Shown piece after piece: positions 58,337-64,000 of a stretch of 64,000 nucleotides of DNA. The stretch lies in the sequence record NC_054912.1. One strand, written 5' to 3'. A model generated the notes under the pieces. The model was given only the letters and a program-made list of their open reading frames with translations. It made no database searches and had not been told where the DNA came from. Both the position numbers and the translations under genes were made by a program. The stretch is from Escherichia phage vB_EcoM_F1. Positions within the stretch are counted from its first letter, which is position 1; every line of letters starts with the position of its first letter.

Positions 58337-60388
58337 TTATCCTTGAACGAACTTGTAAGGCATGTTTGCAATATCTATGCAAGACGCAATAATTCCAAGA
58401 GATGATTCTACTTTCTGTTTAACATTTGATGAAACAAATGATGCAAAGTCAACTCTGTCTTCTATATCACCTGTCATTGTAACCAATTCACCAGTTTCCA
58501 TTAAATGGTCTCCGTCATAGATTACCGATTCGGTGAGTTCTTCTGTGGTCATAACTTCAGCTTGAATAAGCTTGTTGTTAGTTCTAACTGTTCCATCGTT
58601 GTAAGATGCATCAGTTATTTTATTAACTTTGACCATTAATCCACGTGGCAAAATGACTTCCATTTCATTTGAAGGCGCTAAACTTCCACCGGGTAAAACA
58701 ACATTGACCTTATCAGCCCCAGTAATAACCCATCCAATTCCAACTAAATTATCGCTAGAATTTACTAGTCCTTCATCAGTTTTATCAATAGAAACGCTTA
58801 GACGCTTTTCGTCTGGTAAAACACCTATAGATGAATCAGTCATCCAAGTACCAAAAATATTTGGATATAATGATGTTGACACAAAGTTTCTAAAATAAAA
58901 AACTCGATTTTTTACCATTGCTTCATATATTGAAGGTAACATTCGTTGTGAACGATACAAAGTAATACCTTTTGGTAATCGTTCACCATTTTTAAAGGCT
59001 GAATCTAAATTATCAATGGCTTGTTCTATTTCAGATGCTGTTAAAATACTTGTACGCTCATCTGGATTATATAATCCCAAAAGAGCATTATTCATGTCTA
59101 CATATCCTGAACCTACATATTCACGAATTCCGCGTTTTTGCGCTGGTGTGTATTTAGATGAATCTTTATTTTCGACTATAGGATGTAATGACCATCCAGC
59201 GGTAAGAGCATATCCACGTAATTCTCTTCGAATAATCTTTGTTTTTATTGCATTCCAAGAATTTTGTACTAACTCATTTGCAGCATCTTGGTTTAAATGC
59301 GAATGTCTGTTAATATTTCTTTCAAACCAAGCACCTTTATATTTTTCTAAAGTATCATCGACGATAGAAGCAATAGTTTCTAAAGTTTTTATTGAAGTAA
59401 TAGATTCTTTTCGTAATTTTTCTAAAGCTTTATTTTTTATTTCTGCATTAATAATGGATTCTTTATCTTCAGGAATTATAGAAGCTTCTCTGAATGTCAT
59501 TCCAGCTGTAACACTGCTAAGAGCATTCTCTAGTGCAAATCCTGAAGTAGAAATAACAGTTAATTCATTAGCATCAGAAATTAAAGGAGCGTCAGCAGGT
59601 TTATTTAATTCTGCTGCTGAAGCCTCAAATTTTTGAAACATCGGCGTTTCAAATCTAGAAGATTCCAACGACTGACTTTGTGCAATTGCTCTACGTGAAA
59701 TTTTAACTTTAACGATTACAGCTTGGTCAGAACGTTTATCATTTTCTTGTGCAATAGATGCTGCAATTGCCTCATTTTTAGTTACTTGAGCTCCAGTATC
59801 TTTATTGATATAAACATCACCGACCTTCGATTCAACTTTAGTAAAGAGCTCGGTACTAATTTCCGGAACTCCTGGAATGTCTTCTAGTGATACATTTTTG
59901 CGATGTATAAGAATATATGCATACTTTTTATCATAATCCCAGAGTTCCTTAAGAAGGACGTATCTGCCACCTGAACGACTACGGATAAGTCTATCAGCAA
60001 TAACTTGAATTTGTCGAGCTTGGCCAGCAGTTTTAGACTTAAGAATACGAAGCATACAAGCATCAATTTTATACTGACGCATTGTTTGCATTGCAACAGT
60101 AAAAACCGAATTGATATAATTAATTGGGCTTGGACCAAGACCTTTCAATTTAGCAATTGAACCTTTAGCAGTTAATGTAAAAGGAACAATATGCATCATT
60201 TTATCGCCCATCTTTAAATCGCGATTAGTATCACCTCCAGATGTATAGGTACATAAACGAAAGCCTGGTTGTTCAATTGCATCATCAACATGAACTGAAA
60301 AAATTTGCGGTATTTTCTTCTTTGGATTTAAGTTTGTAATTGGAAGAGTAGTATCTTCGTCAAATAATTCTGTAATTAGTTCCATCAT
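58337..60388 (-). CDS. alt: Alt ADP-ribosyltransferase (head-packaged)
   Basis: 683 aa, begins MMELITELFDEDTTLPI; late promoter upstream; T4 size and order. Confidence 0.9.
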   Translation of the reverse strand: MMELITELFDEDTTLPITNLNPKKKIPQIFSVHVDDAIEQPGFRLCTYTSGGDTNRDLKMGDKMMHIVPFTLTAKGSIAKLKGLGPSPINYINSVFTVAMQTMRQYKIDACMLRILKSKTAGQARQIQVIADRLIRSRSGGRYVLLKELWDYDKKYAYILIHRKNVSLEDIPGVPEISTELFTKVESKVGDVYINKDTGAQVTKNEAIAASIAQENDKRSDQAVIVKVKISRRAIAQSQSLESSRFETPMFQKFEASAAELNKPADAPLISDANELTVISTSGFALENALSSVTAGMTFREASIIPEDKESIINAEIKNKALEKLRKESITSIKTLETIASIVDDTLEKYKGAWFERNINRHSHLNQDAANELVQNSWNAIKTKIIRRELRGYALTAGWSLHPIVENKDSSKYTPAQKRGIREYVGSGYVDMNNALLGLYNPDERTSILTASEIEQAIDNLDSAFKNGERLPKGITLYRSQRMLPSIYEAMVKNRVFYFRNFVSTSLYPNIFGTWMTDSSIGVLPDEKRLSVSIDKTDEGLVNSSDNLVGIGWVITGADKVNVVLPGGSLAPSNEMEVILPRGLMVKVNKITDASYNDGTVRTNNKLIQAEVMTTEELTESVIYDGDHLMETGELVTMTGDIEDRVDFASFVSSNVKQKVESSLGIIASCIDIANMPYKFVQG

Positions 60389-60408
60389 ATCCTCTCTAGT
60401 GTTTATTC

Positions 60409-60416
60409 TATTTATA
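60409..60416 (-). promoter_or_regulatory. late promoter TATAAATA for alt
   Basis: minus-strand TATAAATA, then GAGAGGAT and the ATG at 60388. Confidence 0.6.
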
Positions 60417-60421
60417 AAATT

Positions 60422-60439
60422 AAAGGCCCGAAGGCCTTT
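60422..60439 (-). terminator. terminator hairpin aaaggcc-cgaa-ggccttt after the alt.1-like ORF
   Basis: inverted repeat followed by T-rich sequence on minus strand. Confidence 0.5.
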
Positions 60440-60626
60440 AATAATCTAACGGTAAGAGAGTACGATATATTTCAAACTTTGGACCTTTTTCATAGGCATC
60501 AAATGTTTCTGTGAATTTATTATAAGCATATGCATCTACAAATTCGAGAATGACTTGTGATACAGAAGTAGAAACATCTCCACCTTCTTTTTGAGCAATG
60601 ACAATTGTTTCTAAGTAAGCTTTCAT
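60438..60626 (-). CDS. hypothetical protein (T4 alt.1 position)
   Basis: 62 aa ORF, ATG start overlapping the ligase stop. Confidence 0.55.
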   Translation of the reverse strand: MKAYLETIVIAQKEGGDVSTSVSQVILEFVDAYAYNKFTETFDAYEKGPKFEIYRTLLPLDY

Positions 60627-62086
60627 AGACCAGTTACCTCATGAAAATCACCAAATACATCCTCGAATGTATTAGCTTTAGTTTTATCTTCGCGTAAACG
60701 AATCGCAATCGGAAGAAATAATTTAACGTAATCAGTGCGGCCATCAGATTTTAACCAACCGTTGCATTCGCACTCTAGAATTTTTCCAATATAATAATTT
60801 TGGTTTTCCATAATGCGAGTACGGTCAAGTTCATGTGATTTTACGCCGGCTTTATCTTTTAAGCCTGAACCAGCATTTACCTTAATTTTTCCACACTCTG
60901 ACTCAAGAATAAATCCACCTGCTTTAGTAGGGTCTTTACGGTGAGGATAAATTCCTACAATTTTTAAATCAACATCAATTACTTCTTTAAATTTATAGAG
61001 ATTTTTTGAACGAGCATTTTCCCATAATCCATCGATATTTTTGAGAATAATACCTTCAAGACCTTGGTCAATATACTTTTTATAAATTACCTTAGCTTCA
61101 TCTAGGTTATTTACTACCTGGTTTTCAATTAAAATTACTTTATCATAGCCTGATGTCATTTGTTCTAGTTTAGAAAAACGTACATCATATTTCAAACGAA
61201 ATGCAGGAAGACCGTATATTTCTACCAACGGGACATAATCCCAAACCTGAAACTTCATGCATTGAGCTTCTTTTTCAGAAATGGTTCCCTTTAAAGATTT
61301 ATTAGCGATTCCATTAGAAGTAGTACGTGATTCAGCTACTTCGGCGAATTCTTTGGCTTTACTAATTTCAGGATAAGCATCAAAAAGAAAATCTAGGCCT
61401 TCTGGCTCCTTTTTAACTTGCTCATGGTATACCAATTCGCCATCAATTAACACGCCTTCTGGATGAATCTGGCGGGCTTCAGCGGTCATTTTGATTAATT
61501 CTTCCTTAAGAAGATCTAATCCTAGATATTCATTACCAGCTCGTGATAAAAGACGAACATCATCTAATTCATCACCTCTGACTTCGGCAAAGCACCGAGC
61601 CCCATCAGCTTTTAACTGGGCAAAGGCTGGAAATTTGATATTCTTATTAATGCCTTTTTCATCATAAGAACTTGCAAGCATTTGAGGTTGTTCAGGAATT
61701 AAACCTGACCAAACTTTGTTTGCAATAGATACTGAAGCACCACATTCAAGGTCTCGCATCATCACTCGACGCAAAACTTCAACATCATCTTTTTTACCAT
61801 CGGTGATATATCCAGTTAATTCCTCAATTGCTGCATTTCCAGTCAATTTCCGAGTAGCTAATGTGAATTCAATGAAGTCAAGCATATCGGTAAGAGTCAA
61901 CATTCCAAAACTCTGGGTAGCAATACCAGGTTTAGGCCATTTCTTGATATAATACTGCAACCCACGAGAATAAGTCAGACGATATACTCGTTTAAGCAAT
62001 TCATTATCTTTATTCTTTTCAAGAATTGCTTGCTTCTGCTTAGTTGAACCAATAGATGCTATTTCGTTCAGAATTTTAAGAATCAT
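60623..62086 (-). CDS. 30: ATP-dependent DNA ligase gp30
   Basis: 487 aa, begins MILKILNEIASIGSTKQKQAILEKNKDNELLKRVYRL; adenylation motif KADGARC. Confidence 0.95.
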   Translation of the reverse strand: MILKILNEIASIGSTKQKQAILEKNKDNELLKRVYRLTYSRGLQYYIKKWPKPGIATQSFGMLTLTDMLDFIEFTLATRKLTGNAAIEELTGYITDGKKDDVEVLRRVMMRDLECGASVSIANKVWSGLIPEQPQMLASSYDEKGINKNIKFPAFAQLKADGARCFAEVRGDELDDVRLLSRAGNEYLGLDLLKEELIKMTAEARQIHPEGVLIDGELVYHEQVKKEPEGLDFLFDAYPEISKAKEFAEVAESRTTSNGIANKSLKGTISEKEAQCMKFQVWDYVPLVEIYGLPAFRLKYDVRFSKLEQMTSGYDKVILIENQVVNNLDEAKVIYKKYIDQGLEGIILKNIDGLWENARSKNLYKFKEVIDVDLKIVGIYPHRKDPTKAGGFILESECGKIKVNAGSGLKDKAGVKSHELDRTRIMENQNYYIGKILECECNGWLKSDGRTDYVKLFLPIAIRLREDKTKANTFEDVFGDFHEVTGL

Positions 62087-62352
62087 TATTCATCCTTCAG
62101 AGTTTGGTTTACAGCTCTATTATAAATCAATTCATCATTAAGCTCAGTCAAAGACTTATGATATGTGGTTCTAACTTTATTTCCTTGCATCCAGTGCTTG
62201 ATATAAATGAAACCTTGCTCTACGCATTTTTTAAAAATTCGTTCGTCTTTTTGAGCTCGGAATTCTGGATTGCATCTAAAAAATTGATTTACGTGACCGT
62301 AATCACGTGTAGTATTACCTTCATTTTCATAAATAGTATGAACAACAAACAT
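62086..62352 (-). CDS. hypothetical protein (30.1 position)
   Basis: 88 aa ORF, ATG start. Confidence 0.55.
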   Translation of the reverse strand: MFVVHTIYENEGNTTRDYGHVNQFFRCNPEFRAQKDERIFKKCVEQGFIYIKHWMQGNKVRTTYHKSLTELNDELIYNRAVNQTLKDE

Positions 62353-63191
62353 TAGAACGCTCCTTGAAAAATATTATCACCACTAGTAGGTCTATTATAC
62401 AAATACTCTATGCCACCAGGTTTAATATAGTTCCATGTCTGAAACGGATGCGTCTGATATGGATGATATAGATGATTATAAGGATTAAATCCAGGAGTTC
62501 TCCAGGTAGTGTTCCAAGGAAAAGAATCGTTTTTAATCATCTTTTCAATTACATCTTTTATAGCTTTTTCACTATCAAAACTTTCTTTATTTTCCTTTGG
62601 TGAAAAAAGCTTATTCTCTACATCGTTCCATGTATAAACTCGCTGAGCAGTTTTTGGAATATTGTCACGCTCCCCTCGAGCCATCCAATAAACAGGAACA
62701 TTTAATATTTCACTCGCGTGATCGCAGTGGTGAGCGAGATCGTCAATATAACAAATTACGTTATATTTCTCTTTTGCCTTTTTGAACAACTCTTCTTTTG
62801 AAGAATCATGACCACACATCATTACTTCTGAGAAGGCACCAGGAAAAAGAGCATTTAAATTAAATTGACGATTCAGCAGAGCGTCAATAGAATCACCCAA
62901 TGCTGTAACAGCTACAAAATTATAATCTTCTTTTAATTTGTTAATTACACACAGAGCATCTTTATATGGAGACAAGTAACGAATAAAATCTGAACGATTG
63001 TATTTTTCAATTAACTTGACGCCAAGTTCTTCGTCACAATTAAAGAGTTTACCAGGAGAAATAAATTTCTCATCTTGGATCATTTTTAAAATATGTTCTA
63101 ACGGAAGATTATATTTCTGAGCAAAATAAGGAAGGCCTGATTGCCAGCTTAAACATACTCCATCAATATCAGTTAAAATAGTAGGCTTCAT
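62352..63191 (-). CDS. HAD-superfamily hydrolase-like protein (30.2 position)
   Basis: 279 aa; N-terminal motif I ILTDIDGV (DxDG[TV]); later YIDD. Confidence 0.6.
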   Translation of the reverse strand: MKPTILTDIDGVCLSWQSGLPYFAQKYNLPLEHILKMIQDEKFISPGKLFNCDEELGVKLIEKYNRSDFIRYLSPYKDALCVINKLKEDYNFVAVTALGDSIDALLNRQFNLNALFPGAFSEVMMCGHDSSKEELFKKAKEKYNVICYIDDLAHHCDHASEILNVPVYWMARGERDNIPKTAQRVYTWNDVENKLFSPKENKESFDSEKAIKDVIEKMIKNDSFPWNTTWRTPGFNPYNHLYHPYQTHPFQTWNYIKPGGIEYLYNRPTSGDNIFQGAF

Positions 63192-63646
63192 AGAGAGTCT
63201 CTTAATAGGTTTAACACATCAATAAATTCAGCTTCGGTTAGTATTGTATCATCTTTTGTTAGACCACTAGCCATGCTGTGCTTCAAAACTTTTCCTTTCG
63301 AGGCTTGTAATGCATCACGAAAGCCCTTGTTTTGGATCGCTGCTTCAAAATATGCATTTGTGTATAATTCTTTCCACGCCGGGGAGTATCTTGAAAACGG
63401 AACTCCAAGCCAGAAGAGGGTCCCACGGTCCTGAGCTCTAGCATAAGACCTTCCAGCTTGTTGAGCGGAAAGCCCGGATAACCCAAATATACGACGTTGT
63501 TGTTCAACGTTTTTCACCTTGCATCCTTGGAGGAATCCTTCAAGACCTCCAAATTGAATACCATCCATAACGAAAGGCCATTGGGCGAAATTACTTAATG
63601 CACATGATGGCCACCTAAAATTACTTCTAATCTCTAACTCAGACAT
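63188..63646 (-). CDS. NADAR (YbiA-like, DUF1768) domain protein (30.3 position)
   Basis: ATG at 63646 (track ORF began at TTG 63652); segment LSNFAQWPFVMDGIQFGGLEGFLQGCKV closely matches the E. coli YbiA core FSNFAAWPIKVDGKTWPTSEHYFQAQKF. Confidence 0.65.
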   Translation of the reverse strand: MSELEIRSNFRWPSCALSNFAQWPFVMDGIQFGGLEGFLQGCKVKNVEQQRRIFGLSGLSAQQAGRSYARAQDRGTLFWLGVPFSRYSPAWKELYTNAYFEAAIQNKGFRDALQASKGKVLKHSMASGLTKDDTILTEAEFIDVLNLLRDSL

Positions 63647-63845
63647 TTTCAATGCTTATAATTTCAACATCAGCCCAATGACCATAGTTTGGTAGACGAA
63701 ATTCAACTGGCCAGTTAGGGTCCTTTTCTAATATAATAGACTCAACTCGTGGTTCTTCATGTTCATCAGTATATGGATTTTTATCTGTTACTTTATATGT
63801 GACCTTAATGTACTGAATTCCAAAAATCTTATTAATTATATTCAT
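63639..63845 (-). CDS. hypothetical protein
   Basis: 68 aa ORF, ATG start. Confidence 0.5.
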   Translation of the reverse strand: MNIINKIFGIQYIKVTYKVTDKNPYTDEHEEPRVESIILEKDPNWPVEFRLPNYGHWADVEIISIENV

Positions 63846-64000
63846 ACTAATTCCTTTAATCCGTAAATAGGAGATAATTCATCACCCATACGAAGGTCTT
63901 CATTTCCATCTACCCAGGAAACAATATAAGCCTCTTTTATTTGAACACCACTCCATTTAAATGGAGGTAGAACCTTAGAAATTAATCCAGGTATACCAAC
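63842..64000 (-). CDS. hypothetical protein, C-terminal part only (gene starts beyond window end)
   Basis: open frame from the window edge to a TGA at 63844-63842 overlapping the next ATG; 52 codons. Confidence 0.4.
   Translation of the reverse strand, partial: VGIPGLISKVLPPFKWSGVQIKEAYIVSWVDGNEDLRMGDELSPIYGLKELV

Overview
This 64 kb window reads as a contiguous segment of a T4-like (T-even, Tevenvirinae) myovirus genome in standard T4 orientation, running from the lysozyme e / internal-protein region to the DNA ligase (gene 30) region. All calls are from reading the sequence and ORF track against remembered T4 biology; no database search was run. Recognisable content in order: an accessory region with internal-protein-like genes, lysozyme e and nudE; a block of small ORFs of unknown function; a putative stable-RNA region; tRNA-Arg; a segB-like GIY-YIG endonuclease; seven tightly packed tRNAs (Ile-CAU, Thr, Ser, Pro, Gly, Leu, Gln) on the minus strand; 57B/57A/1/3/2/4; the long plus-strand late structural block 53-5-5.4-6-7-8-9-10-11-12-wac-13-14-15-16-17-18-19-20-67-68-21-22-23-24; then rnlB, hoc, inh, uvsW, uvsY, 25-26-51-27-28-29-48-54, alt, 30 and downstream 30.x ORFs. 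The e lysozyme differs from T4 at a few residues, so this is a close relative rather than T4 itself. The points most worth a second look are: (1) three ORFs with a capsid-targeting-sequence-like N-terminus (MK[TS][YF]xxF..E) sitting in cassette-like contexts bounded by repeated promoter/hairpin elements, candidate injected anti-defence effectors; (2) the unknown-function island between nudE and the tRNAs, with four small membrane proteins sharing conserved gene-junction sequences and a PspA/IM30-like coiled-coil protein; (3) a NADAR (YbiA-like) protein next to a HAD-type hydrolase downstream of DNA ligase; (4) an HNH homing-endonuclease gene between genes 13 and 14 split into two frames at poly-A tracts; (5) a degenerate tandem copy of the alt 5' end. 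I did not find a clearly delimited new multi-gene system; these are hypotheses that need homology and structure searches.
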